Source: Zygnema circumcarinatum SAG 698-1b (Eukaryota; Plantae; Zygnematophyceae). Taken from it: DNA of 64,000 bases. The notes beneath the pieces are model-generated. The model searched no databases. It saw only the letters and a list, made by a program, of their open reading frames with translations, and was not told where the DNA came from. The DNA lies in assembly GCA_037447605.1 (NCBI GenBank), contig CM074807.1, positions 1,798,001 to 1,862,000 on the forward strand. The letters are read 5' to 3'. Made by a program: the position numbers and the translations under genes. Each line of letters opens with the position of its first letter. Positions within the stretch are counted from its first letter, which is position 1. This document shows positions 40,368 to 53,173 of the stretch, piece after piece.

Positions 40368-42328
40368 CTACAGCCTCGCGTGAACCTTGTTGCCTGCTTT
40401 TGCTCGGCCTGCAATGAATCGCTGCATGGCTTCAAAGTCTTCTGGCTTCATCGTGGAGTAGTATTGATGGGCCCTCTCCTGGACACGCACGACAAGTACA
40501 GAGCTTTAAAAAAAATGCATATTGAGATAATTTGAGTTTCAGGCTGTCTAAGTCGCAAGAGGACTAAACACAACGGTCAGCTTCGCGCGTCGCACATTGT
40601 TTGACACTCAAAATATATCATTGGTAATGAGGAAAGCTGCCTGCTTACTCCATTCCTTTCAATGTACGCCTTACTTTTGAACTGACTTGTCTTGGATACA
40701 TCTCGTGCTGCTCCAAGCACAAACTCATCAGCGACAATACATCAAGACTTTCCTGTACCACGGGTACAATCCTCCAGCTTCATTTCTCGATACAACAATG
40801 TCCGCTACATGCCATCTCAAACAGTCTTCACGGATGCAAGCAATCACTGAAGGAAGACAATCCAAGAAATCAGCAAGCCTCCACGTCCAGCAAACAGCAA
40901 ACAGCAACCTGTAAGGTCGATCACTTCCATGCCCTTGAAGCACGCGCGACATCTTTGAGAAGCTTCCGCCCTCAGTTTCCTCACCTTCTCCAGCTTGCGG
41001 CCGTCCGCAAGGGCGAGGCCGAGGCCGTCGTTGAGCACCGCCTTGTAGCGCCGCACGAGGTCCCGCCGGTTGCTGTTCAGCATCTCTGCGACCTCGCGCG
41101 CTGCTTTCAGGAGGTCGCCGGGCGGCGCGAGGCGGCTCACAAGGCCCCACCGCTCCGCTGTCTCCGCGTCGATGGGAGCCGCAGTCAAAGAAACTTCTCG
41201 AGCTCGGTTGGCTCCAATCATGCGAGGAAGCTTCTGAGAAAGTCCCCACGAAGGGAAAATTCCAAACCTGGAGACCGAGGCAAAATGAGCTTCCGTCCTC
41301 GGCTTCTACAGAGATTCATGAATGAAGAATCATTTCCAGTAAGGTTGTCTGTTGCCTGTGGAGATGAAAAGCTTATGCAAATGCGAGCTTGGAAGGCATG
41401 TCAAGCATGCTACTATTCTCCACTTTTACACGTGCGTTTTATGTATATCCGCTATGTTTTAAAAAGAAGAAACAGCGAGGTGAAAAACCGTATACAAAGA
41501 AACATACTTCTGAGACACGGGAGACTCACTTGGCATGTGTATCTGCAAATTTGGCGGTCGTACTCGCAATTAGAATATCGCACGCCAATGCAATCTCAAA
41601 TCCCGCTGTAATGGCGTGGCCGTTGATCGCTCCAATAATGGGAACAGGGCAGAGCTCCATCTGAACCACAGGGTCTTCGTCCGCATTCTTCACGTCGCCT
41701 TTGAACACCGACTGAGCCGCTGTCAAGTCCTGCAAAGGGAGCCGCCAACAATTCAAGCAGGGCTCTACAATCAGCCGACAGAAAAATCACATATACCCAA
41801 TTTTTAGGCTTTAAAATCGTGAAGGACTTCACATTTTCAAAAATTGCATGACCAGACAAGCTGATAATAGCTCAACTTGAAACAAGAAAATGGGAAGGTC
41901 TGTAAAGGAGGCTCAATTCAAGAAATTCAAATTGTAAATAGACTCAAACATCAAAGATTTTTCATTTCCGGTTCTCCTTTTTTCTCCCCTCCAGCATGGC
42001 CAAACAGACGCTATTCCGACCAATGCACCTCCGCTGCAACTCTTTCGCAATTCCCAAAAAAAATAAAAGTCTCAGAATGAGAGCGATTCCACATGCTGAG
42101 GCGCACCACTCCCGCGCAGAAGGCTCTCCCCGCGCCGGTGAGGATGATGGCGGCGAGGGCGGGGTCCTGCGAGAGCGCGGCGAAGGCCCGCGCCATGTCG
42201 ACCATCATGGCGCGCGTCAGCGCGTTCAGGGCGCGCGGGCGGCTGATGGTGACGATGGCGAGCCATGGCTCCGGCCGCTCCACGCAGATGCTCCCCGTCG
42301 CCTCCTCCCCCCCTCCTCCGCCCGCCAT
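40368..42328 (-). CDS. ECHIA: Peroxisomal enoyl-CoA hydratase/isomerase (crotonase family; ECHIA / At4g16210-like)
   Basis: Exons: 42107-42328, 41530-41729, 40985-41267, 40368-40478. Motifs: ISRPRALNAL, TGAGRAFCAGVDL, IGAINGHAITAGFEIALACD, DTHAKFGIFPSWGLSQKL, ERAHQYY. The C-terminal ARL is a PTS1. Confidence 0.92.
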
Positions 42329-44035
42329 GGCCTCCTCCTCCTCCTGCCGCCCTCCCCCACCGCTCCGCCCTGCGAGTGGCGACGCGAAGGCACGCGCTGG
42401 GGAGGAGGCGATGGGGCGACGAGCTCGTGCGGCTGTCTCAGGGTTGACCAGGGTCATGGATGACACCTCGCGACCAGTGACCATGACTCGCGAGCCCCCT
42501 TTGGGACTTTCATGCAACGATCTTTGGGGAGCAAACTTTCTGATGGCTTGAAGCATTGTGCTTAAAGGAACAACACCGGTAATACCGTTAGTAATTTGCG
42601 TAGATTCCTTGTCATGTGTGCTTTTCCTTGTTTGTTTCCTTTGTCGGGGTTGTTTTTCCATTCGCAATTTCTACTGTTCGTTTTCTTTCCGTTGCAGGTG
42701 TTCTCGTAAGGCCGTGTTCACTTCACTGTTGCGAGTGAGGCTCTACGAAGGAAGACAGTTCATGTAAAGAAGTCTAAATTTTCTGGAGAAGGCGGACCCT
42801 TCACCATGCCTTCGACCCCGCGGTCTCATTATTTTGCGAACTAGAGCAGCACACCACAACCATCGCACCCTCACAGTTCTGCATTGGAGTACAAAACTCG
42901 TTGCAGTTTGCATCAGCAAGTCGGCCGCGGGATCCCTAAGGTTGCCATTTAACCACCTTGGCACTCAAGCAGTAGGCCCTTAACTAGAATTTTTGAAAAC
43001 GCCGCCTGGTCATACTCTTGCATTCAGACCGGTTGGTCACTTTCAGGTAGTCGAAGTTCAGTGTTGCTCGGTCATGCCTCGTGCCGCGTGGTTCAGCCAT
43101 GCCCAGTTCCGCTCACACAGTTCTTCTCAGTGTTTTTGGTTAGCTTCAGTGAGGGAGGGTCTCAACTCTCACTGAAGGCATCCTGTTAAGCGAAAACCAA
43201 TAACGTTTTGCAATGTTTGCAGATTTGGAGGCGTGGCATGCTCTGATTGTTGCAATCTAGACAAAGTTACACTCGATGGATTCCCACCCTTAGCCCATTC
43301 CGTGCCTTTTGTGCTTGGTCTGCTTGGCTGTCAAAGAGGGTCGGACAGAAACTCTCCATGGCCACTCTGTTCGATGCATGCCCCCTGATGAATGCAACAT
43401 GCCCTTCCATACATCACTAGCAAACGCTCGCCCTCCCTTTGAACCTCCAGGGCTCCTTCTACAACGAGGGTACTGACAATTTTTAAGTCCAACACCTTAA
43501 GTCAAACACGCCTGTGCCATAGAAAGCAATAAGTTCGCCTCTGATCCCCAACAACATTTTCCACGATACACATAATCAAACTCCCAAACCAAAACCAGAA
43601 CGAGCAACTTGGCAATGTTTGGTGAACAATGCTCTCCCTCTAAGAGCAGCAATTTGCTTCCACGGGTCAGGAGCACAGCAAGTGCCATGTGCCCACCATC
43701 AGAGCTGACTGCATGCTTGCCATCCCACAGCCTTACCTCCCACGACCATCTCTGCCAACACCATTCCCTTGCACAATGCTGGTAGTCTTGTACACAAATT
43801 TGCCATTAAACAAGGATTCACAATGCCAACAAGTACAAAAAAAATCCTGACTCAAGGATTCTTTTGGGGTAGACTTTCCCAGGAAGAGAAGCACCCCTTT
43901 CAACTGCCAGAGGGGAAATTGCTATGTATGCCTTCAAATCTGCCTTTGACAAAACTGGAGCTGATCCAAGTCCCACCCCAACCTCACCGTATACGACGTG
44001 TCCTCCGCATGAAGGTGTCCATGAAAGGAGAGCGT

Positions 44036-47000
44036 CTACCTGACAGGATTGGGATCAGGAGGAACGAGCCGCAAGCTACGTAGCCATTCACAAAAACTCG
44101 TCTCGTCCGTTGGAGGAAGATTCGCTTTCAAACGGTTTCGCTCGTCAGGCCGTAACTCCCTCAATGGGGGGAACCTTGTTTCCTGCGATGGTGAGACACC
44201 CACACAGACTTCCGCTCTCAGAGGATACCTTCCCTACAAGCGACGTCCCTGTATACAGTGTGAGCTACAGACGCAAGGCTTTTGCTGTTGCAACACCATT
44301 TCCTCGGTTACAAACAATTGACCTTCTGCACACCGTGCTTTTGAGCTGTGTAGCTTTGAGAAAACCAAGATCGTCATCCTGGGGCAAGATAGATCTCGTG
44401 AAAGCTGGCTTCCACCGTTGATTACAACAACAACTCAAGTAATCTCCAGGAGATTTTCCACAAGAAAAAAGCTCCTTCACTCATTATCCACCATCAACAA
44501 TCGGACAAGTTGTCGGATGCATTTGTTCGAATGATGTGACATACACTGGGAGAAAGGGCCGCAATCGACACTACACTCACCTGGTCTGCAGGAGAATCTC
44601 TATGGGCTGGAATGAGGCGGGATACAAGGTACCGCGCAGGGGATGTGCCCTCCTGCACAATAGCAAGGCAAAAGCCAAGCCCGTTTGTAGAATTAGCGAG
44701 AAGGGCGTGGCCTTGAAATTCATTCGACAAAATACGAGCGTACGAGCGGTGCTACCAAATTTTAACGTGTGTTTTAATCTGCCTGAGTAACCCATCCGTT
44801 GCTTCTCTAAGCCTATGCAGCCGACTGGCAAAAGGACTGGACCCTGACCAGCATCCTTGTTCATCTCTGCTCCAAGTTGTTCGACAACATCTCACTAATT
44901 TTCATGCGTCGGAACATCCGCGAGCCCGTCTACTAACTTGCAAACCAGCAGAATGGCTGTGTTTAAGACATGCTGCGGCGTTAGGTGCACAATGTGCTCA
45001 CCCTGAATGAGAGGCAACGAGGAGACGGGAAACGGTTGCGAGAGAGTTCCTCCACTACTGCCTTGCAAGCTGCATCTGCAGCTGCGCGTCTTACAGGGTC
45101 AGCTGCAAGATTCGCTCCCTGCATCACCTCCCACCAGCCCTAACACATGAGGTAGTTCCTTTCCAAATGGTCAAATGTCTCTCACTAGCTCAGAATACCT
45201 TGTAGATAATCTGCAAACGAGGAACCCATCAGCAACGCAACTCCATACGGACATGTTTGAGGTGCAGGCAGTTCAAATGGCCCGTGTAGCCAAACTTAGT
45301 TTCTCACGGGTAACAAAAGCTCACGAATTTACCATCCAGGTGAAGATGTCCGTGCCGTGATCCATGACCAGTGCGTTTTCTGAGTGCAGCGCGAGGTCAT
45401 AGGGAGGAATCTCCTGCAGCCCTACTCCCTGTCGGAAGAGCAGCAGCTGAGGAAGGAGCATCCGCAGGGCCACATAGAGGTCTGCCCGCAGGAAGAGGGA
45501 GCGCAGAACAGCGCGCTCATCTTCATGGCCCACAATGCCTCCAAGCAATGGCCCGCGGTGTAAGTGGTAGAGCGTCTCCACCAGCCTACAACATTTGAAA
45601 CTCAGCGAGAATGAGATAGAATACTCAAGTGGCTGACACTCACAGCTGAAAAAATTCGCTTCAACGTGCACATGCAAAACTTGGAAAATGTCCTCCTCCA
45701 CGTATGGAATTCAATGATGCAATAATGGTCCATCACATTCCTTGAAGCGGACACAAAAGAACGCAGGGCTCTCACCAACCAAAGAAAACAAACCCGTACA
45801 TCGTTGTCGGGCAGGTCAACCAGTGGGGGGGCACTGCTCACCTGGAAAGTTCATTGGGGCAGCGTTGCAGGCGACTTCTCGGCATCGCTTTCCCAAACTT
45901 CTGAGCCAAGTCCTTCACTCTTTCACCAACAGAGCGGCAAACTTGAGGGAGGTCGCTCGCCTTCTCAGCCGCCAAAACTGTGCGTTTGCCTATGAGTACA
46001 GCCGCCACCTCTTCATCCACACTTTGCAGGTAAGTGGAGACATTCCCCGTGGTGATCAGCCGGAGCGTGATTACACGAATGATAGCTGCCATATTTTCCA
46101 GCCCAAACATTGCATTCATGAATTTGGCTGAGAATTCAATCCCGGTTCAGTATCTTGACTAGCAAACGCAATACGTAATAAAGACAATCCTGAATTTACA
46201 AGTCAGTCCAGCCCCTTACTTGCTTGATTCACACTCGTGTAGCGCATTGCGAACTGGAAGTAGAGGAAATCGTCCGGCACATCCTCCAGGAGTTCCATGC
46301 TCAATGCCAAGCCCTGCCCTTCCTCAACGCTCAGCATCTCCAATACCGTCGACGTATCGTTTGGGAATGGCGGCTCCCCCGGAGCCTCCGGCGCTGCCCC
46401 TGCCGGTCCAATCACTCGAGTGACAGTCATAGAAGGAGAAGTCCGCACCTCCAAGCTGCCTCTCACACCGACCACCCTGCTAATGGCTCCCCTCACATTC
46501 GCAGAAAAAGCCTCTCTAAAGTCGTCATGCATGATAAGGACTCCCCCAGAGGCGCTGGTCAGAGCGTGGACCACCGGCACCATTACAGGGCAGGTCCCCC
46601 CAAAGAGTATATCGACCGCTGCTTCCAGTCGCCGTGCCTCACGGCCAAGGGCCTCCATGTGCTTTTTAGCGCTCACCTGCTCATAGGCAAAGTTGGAATG
46701 GCCCTCAGGATGATCCACAGACCCGGGCCCCAAAGTTGTTGGGCCTCCCGCACACACAACCACTCTCGAGCTGCCACCTGTCCGTTTCATGGGAATCCTG
46801 GGCAGGTCTGTGGCCGGACCCCGTACAAGTGTGAGCGCAACCTCCACAGCGACTCCCAGACACCTCTTTCTGTCCAGCTCCGGCATGGCGCCTTTGTACG
46901 GACGAAGAGCACTGATTACGGCTTTGGCGACGGGGAGACAGGCGTGAATAGGAGCTAAGTACATGCCCGAACCGTATATGAGGTTGTTCTTACATTCCGC

Positions 47001-49960
47001 GCTAAGGGAGGCAGTGCCAGGAAAGACATCGGCGGAGGCAGCGCCCGGCTGGTTGAGGTCATACACTGACACCGTGCGCCCATATGAGAGCAGTCCTATT
47101 CTTGTGGCAGGCGGCAATGTCTCGATGACATCCTGCAGAGTCCCGACAGCGCACATGGTCTAAGGCCACAGAGAGCACGAAGGATTCCACAAGCAGGGAG
47201 GTCTGCATCACACAAACGACATGCAGTAGAGGGAGCGCACACATACATATTCCATGTGAGCTGATGACGCTCTTATATGCCACACCTTTTTCTTATATTA
47301 TTCTTCATCGCTTTCTTCCAAATAGACCATAAAAATGCAAGAGAGCATACCAAATTGAACTCAAAAAGTTTATTGCTTACTCTTTTGTCAAAGCCATTTA
47401 TGATGAGAGACAAGCAAGTGGTCATGCAGGGGACGTCAACCCAAGGTAACAAAAACTACGCACACCAAAGTTCATTGACATGCAGAAGAGTTTGAGAAGC
47501 TTCAGTACGACTGCACTGACTGGTGATCCATAAGCCTGTGCAATCTGGCATCATACTACAGAGACCCCCAGGGTGCAGTTTGACGGGATAATGCCAAATG
47601 TAGGCTTGTAGGCTTGTAGGCCGATTGTAGGCTTCACACTGTGTCAACACTACTGACAACATAAGAGGAATTTCTGATACCATGTTACTCCAGTTACCAC
47701 TAAGACATCTTCTGCATCTTACATAAGACTCCAGTTGAAAAGCCTAGAAAACATTGACTATGTCAAGCAAACTGCATCAACCCCAGTGGCTGACTCTGCA
47801 CGAGCTCCAAAAGGCTGGAAGCACTGACCAGAAGTGATGTCTGCAGATCCCCTAATAAGCTTTGATCAAGGGTCTCGTCAATCACGAACACAATCGGGAC
47901 AGCCAATGCGGTGTCCGAGGCCGAAGAGTACCTCCGTGTTCCTCCCTCGAGATAATCAACAACTCTCGAACTCAACTCCGGCCAGCTACTGTAATCTTCG
48001 CCCTCAGCCAGCAGATACTCCCCCCTGCTGTCATTCCCCTTGCCACAGAAAATGCATTTCCATTCTCCTGACCTACGCAGCAATGGGCAGTATAAGTTAG
48101 CATAGGCACCACAAAACTCGCATCTAACAGGTTTGTTTCGAAGAAATGGCGGTGGAGGGTTGACTTCTCGCACTGGAGATGCCAGAGCCCCGAAACCTAG
48201 GCTTGCAATGTTTGTGACCTTTCTCTGATTATGCACCTGCACACACAAGGGGAACACATTACGTTAGGGAAAACGAAAATTGTAGCTGCCTTCGGATTAA
48301 CTAGAGGAGTACAAGCCCCGTCCTTAACTGTTTTCTCTCATAAACATAAAGCACACGTTGTAATTATCCAAAGGCACGCCAGTGCAACTCAAGGAAGTAA
48401 GACCTGCTTCAAACACGATACTGGCATCTATGCTTCTCTTGATTGGTTGACTGGTCACCCTCGAGTTCAATCATGTAGAATCCACGAATACAAATTCAAA
48501 AACAATGTATAGACTCTCGTTCTAATCTAACTCTACAACTAGAGCTGGGGTACCTCTAGACATGTTTGAACTGGCCAGCAAATACCTAGACGACTCGGAT
48601 AGCTCAGCGATTGCCACTTCGATCCGAATAGTCTTTCAAAAGGTTTTTTGTTTCGATCAACATTTTCAAAGGAACTCGTAATCGAGAATCTAAATTACGG
48701 GCACAGGCACAAGCACGTTGGCCACCAAACAGTAACTCAAGGTATGCTTAATAAATCACAATGGGGGTGGAGTTCGAAAACCTAATTGCCAGCAAAAGCT
48801 TGAACCATCCGGGCATTGCCGAAGCATGGAGCTTGGCTGATAGAATGATTACAAGGGATCGATGACCAACGGGAACGCCCAATAACTCCACACTTGAACA
48901 CTAGCATCTTCTCACATCATTTCGCAAATTACTCTCAGCTGGGGCATCCGCGGTTGTACCCTATGCTAGGAGGCAGTGAGCTGCTCATTCTCAAAAAGGA
49001 GAAACGTTCGTAGATAGTATAACGTGAGCCCTGTCTTTATAAACACAACCCTACATTATGGTGAGAATGTAATCCCCAAAGGCAGATATGAGCACATATG
49101 AGGGGCCACTCGCCCAGCTGAAACGCTTGGGGTGGAATGGTCAGTAATCAAAGCAAGATCGTGCATGTCGGAATTTCCGTAAACGCCCAGCATGTGTTTG
49201 TAATGCCTGAAAGAACCTAGAACAGAGCCATAGAATGTACTCCGTGAAGGTGCAGTGAGTGTGATGCGCTAAAGCGTCGGCCTGTCGACATGGAAAGGGA
49301 GGAGAACAATACCGTTCCTGCCGAAAATGCGACAAACTGAGAAGAAACTTCAATCCCCTCCATGTCATCTCGAGTGAGATCTGATGCATATATAGCCTCG
49401 CCGATACCGTCCTTTTGAATGTCAAAATACGAAGGAGGTTTTGGAGGATCGGAAGGAAGAGAAATGGTGGGAACAGAGTACGGATCGAGAGCTATGATAG
49501 GCGACGAATACTGCTCACTATACTGTGGTGAAGCGGTGGAAGAACTTGAAGTGGTCTCAGGTGCCACAGAAATAACAGCGGGCATGTCTTCTCTGCTCTC
49601 CGCGTTCTCGCCATACGCAGGACGCTGCGCGGAGAGATGGCCATGGCCAGTTGTGCCTGCAGAGGAGAAGGTTGGAGGAGGCGGGTTTGGCAGCCTTGAA
49701 AAAGTTGGAGGGGGAGGTGGCGTGAGTGGAAATGACAGAACGGCGTCTGTGGGAGCGGCGGGGAGCGCCGACGAGGCTTGCAGCTGCACCCCGTGCCCGG
49801 GAGGGGAGGGAGCAAGAAGCCGAGCCGGAGAGGGCGGGGTCAGGGGAGAGGACGAGTGCGCCACTCCAGTGGGAGGCGGCCCGAAGCGCGGGGGCGGCGG
49901 CCCAGGCGGCGCCGCCCAGGGGGGCGGAGCGTCGGCCTGCGCGCTCTCCCTCGCCGCCAT
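44036..49960 (-). CDS. SEC23: COPII coat protein SEC23A-like (At4g01810 type)
   Basis: Pro-rich N-terminus, zinc finger CEFCGAYAN...WKCIFC, trunk domain (VIDETLD; RIGLLSYGRTVSVYD; RVVVCAGGPTTLGPG), gelsolin-like DHGTDIFTW, and C-terminus RYLVSRLIPAH...SFCEWLRSLRLVPP. Confidence 0.94.
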
Positions 49961-50154
49961 GGCTGCCCTTCCCTCTCCTCCCCTGCCCTGACGCGGAGGG
50001 AGGACGGGGGAGAGGAAACAGGCCGGTACGAGCACTACCGTACTGTATTGACATGCAGCACTATTCGTACAGTACAGCTGTCCATACGGTACAGTACTGT
50101 ACTGTAGGTTGGCGGCACTATTGTCCGTACCGCACGGAGGTGTACAGTCAACAG

Positions 50155-51331
50155 CAGGGTTCGTCAAATAGGGGATTTTGGCTTAAGATAGGGGACTGTC
50201 CCCTAACTTGATTTTGTAAAAACACGTAAATATGGACTGTACGGACGAAACCGTGCACGTACGGACGTTCATCATTTCCCAGCACTGCTACTGTCGAGTT
50301 TGATTTTTCAGTAATTGGATGGGAGAAAGACGAGTTTCAAAAGAGGTTGACAGACTTGATGAAAGTTTGTCGCTTGGTTGACAGACTTTTCATTAGGGGG
50401 AGTCAGACCTTGACCAGCGCCAAACCAATTCCGCGAGCCCGTCGGGCCAATTCCGCGTTGTACGGCAGGCCTTTTTCGCCAAAAGTGGACGTTCGACAGG
50501 CTCGGGCGCCGAGCCTGTATCTCATTTTTGTAACCTATTTCGAAGTACGGACGGGACAGACAGGTTCGGGGGGAGCCGCGGTTTCCGACCCAAATTCTGC
50601 AATCGAAATCAATACCTTTCCGCCGGCGGAATCTTTCAATTCCGCGGGCGATGGTCAAGGTCTGACCCCCCCTATTGGAAGGCATTCTTCACTGCAAACA
50701 GTTTGATAGTTTGACTGCTCTTCGAGGGTCTCTTTGAGTAGTTTGCATCACTTCTATAGCTGTCTTGTTCAGCCTAAAACTCCTAAGGGAGTGAGACCAT
50801 TTTTCATTTCATTTCTAATTTTAGTTCCTATTTCAGTTTTTCTTTTGTGACTATACCTAGAATTTCAAAGGTTATGATTTGGAATAGAGTTTTTGTGAGG
50901 AAATTTCAAGACTATGATGGATTCTTAAGTGATACTTGGAGTAATTAATGATGGATGGAAAAGGAAATAGAGAGCTTAAGATTGGATCTACAAAGTTTCC
51001 GTGCAATTGGGTTTCTGAATAAGCAACTATATGTTGTGATTGCCAAATGCACAGTTGTTCTAATTGATTGGTGAAATTTACCTATCTATAAGAGTCGAAG
51101 AGGTTGCACCAGTTTCTAAAGCCGTGTTGTTATACCAACAAGTAAAGTTCATATACATCATTGCTATCGTGGTTGCAAATGCAATTCATTTCCTTTTTGT
51201 TTTTAACCAAAAAAATGCTTTTTTGGGGCTTGTGTGGTATTTAAGTTGAAATCACGTAAACTAATCTCAAAATCTTACATAAATAAGCTATTTAGGATAT
51301 TTAGGGGATCTCCCCTATTTGACGAACCCTG
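50155..51331. mobile_element. Non-autonomous hAT element
   Basis: Perfect 21-bp TIR CAGGGTTCGTCAAATAGGGGA and exact 8-bp TSD GTCAACAG (50147-54, 51332-39). It sits inside the left TIR of the outer MITE. Confidence 0.93.
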
Positions 51332-51350
51332 GTCAACAGTCCTCATATTT

Positions 51351-52396
51351 GGAAAATGATACAGCGGCCTCACTTTTTGGATATCGGCGCCCCCTTTTGG
51401 GAAAATTTGTACTTTTTTTTTTGGCTAATCAACCCCCCCCTTGGATCTTTCGGGAGGAGAGATCTTGTAGACAATCGGACCCCGCGCCTCGCGCGCAGGA
51501 TCCGACCGTGCACCGACGTACGGCACCGCGCATCGCGGCGTGGGCCGCGAGATGCGGCGAGCCTACGGAAACGTTGTCCTCACCTGACCCGTTTGGGTCA
51601 GAGGTTGCCACGTGGCAGTCTGCCATTGGACAGCCCTGCTGCCGGTCCCCCATGCCGATGCAGTGGACCCCCATAATATTTTCGCCATGGTTTCGGCAAA
51701 TACTGGGCGAAAATATTGTAATTTGCAAATATAAGGTCCGCGTTACCAATAGGCGAGCGGTATTATGTTAGAGTTCATGTCTGTTCGTACATATCGTATC
51801 GTATCGTATCGTACCGTGATTTAGATACACGAGCTCCTATTGGTGCCGTACGTATACCGTACGACGTAGAGATTTTATTCGTACTTACCGTACAGAGTAA
51901 AAGTGTGGCCCATGTTTGAAATCCGTTTCGATTAACAGATTTTGTATTGGAGAATAGGTCAGGTTAGGTTAACACCCCTAATACGTTAACATTGAGTTAC
52001 CGTACAAAAAGGTGGTTTCGGCAAAATCGGGGCGAATTTCTTGGGGACGCACTGTACAAGGTGGAAAATATTATGGGGGCCCACTGTATCGGCAGTGTAT
52101 CAGCAGCAGGGCTGTCCAATGGAAGACTGCCACGTGGCAATCTCTGACCCAAACGGGTCAGGTGAGGACAACGTTTCCGTAGGCTCGCCGCATCTCGCGG
52201 CCCACGCCGCGATGCGCGGTGCCGTACGTCGGTGCACGGTCGGATCCTGCGCGCGAGGCGCGGGGTCCGATTGTCTACAAGATCTCTCCTCCCGAAAGAT
52301 CCAAGGGGGGGGGGGGTGATAAGCCCAAAAAAAAAGTACAATTTTTCCCAAAAGGGGGCGCCGATATCCAAAAAGTGGGGCCGCTGTATCATTTCC
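51351..52396. mobile_element. Foldback / MULE-like element with ~310-bp inverted arms
   Basis: Arms 51351-51660 and 52087-52396 are near-perfect reverse complements. 9-bp TSD CTCATATTT / CTCGTATTT (one mismatch). Confidence 0.8.
51661..52086. mobile_element. Inner mariner-type MITE related to the outer one, at the centre of the foldback element
   Basis: TIRs CAGTGG(A/G)CCCCCATAATATTTTC, flanked by TG and TA. Its subterminal sequences match the outer MITE (52000-52070 vs 54136-54207; 51680-51780 vs 52402-52579 plus 52907-52916). Confidence 0.8.
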
Positions 52397-52579
52397 CTCG
52401 TATTTTCGCCATGGTTTTGGCAAATATGAGGCGAAAAAAAAAAGTATAAAACTTTCATTGAACTCGCGATGGCGAGGCCATCAAATGTACATGGACAAAG
52501 GCAAAATGTGGGCGAATGGCAAAATATTGATTTTTGCAAATAGATGGTTCGTGTTACCAATAGACGGGCGGTATTGTTA

Positions 52580-52903
52580 GGGTGGGTTTCCATCAGCCCG
52601 TTTCGTAACGAGCTTGTTACGGTCCACGTAGGATGCCGTTTTCAGATGGAACGACGAGTTCCATCAGAACGCCGTTGGCCAGCGTGGCAGTCGCACGCTG
52701 GCGGATCTTCGGTAGCCACGTGGCGGCACGCGAATGGTCGTAATGGCGTTACACCACCTCCGGAGCAGCATCCTGTGGAACGGTGCCTCGTTACCACGTG
52801 GCGCCACGTCGGCGCCACGTCGGCGGAAACGGCCTCATGGAACCCATGGGTCGTCGTCCATTACGACGCCACGTCGGAATAACGGGCTGATGGAACCCCA
52901 CCC
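52580..52903. mobile_element. Tourist-like (PIF/Harbinger) MITE
   Basis: 23-bp TIR GGGTGGG(T/G)TTCCATCAGCCCGTT and TTA TSD (52577-79, 52904-06). The paralogous empty site is visible at ~51760-51780. Confidence 0.92.
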
Positions 52904-52925
52904 TTAGAGTTCATGTTGGACCGTG

Positions 52926-52980
52926 CGTATCGTACCGTACCGTACCGTACCGTACCGTACCGTACCGTATCGTACCGTCT
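52926..52980. repeat. (CGTAC)n pentanucleotide array
   Basis: cgtatcgtaccgtaccgtacc... tandem array; related arrays at 51786-51815 and 53097-53147. Confidence 0.9.
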
Positions 52981-53173
52981 CGTTCAGTATCGTGTCGTAT
53001 CGTGTCGTATCGGAGCCAAGGAGGAAAGACGAGCGAGCGCCTCTTACGGCGGCACGTGCGGGAAGATTCGGTGAGTTTTGCTGAAGCCCGTAACGGCTAG
53101 TACAGCAAGTACGGCAAGTACGGCTAGTACGGCTAATACGGCTATTACAGTTTTTAGGGTTTCTAGGGTTTTA

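Noticed and set aside
40368-42328. Naphthoate synthase MenB completing a phylloquinone cluster
   Set aside because: It lacks MenB signatures (e.g. FCSGGDQ, GSFDAGYG) and matches the ECHIA type, including the C-terminus.
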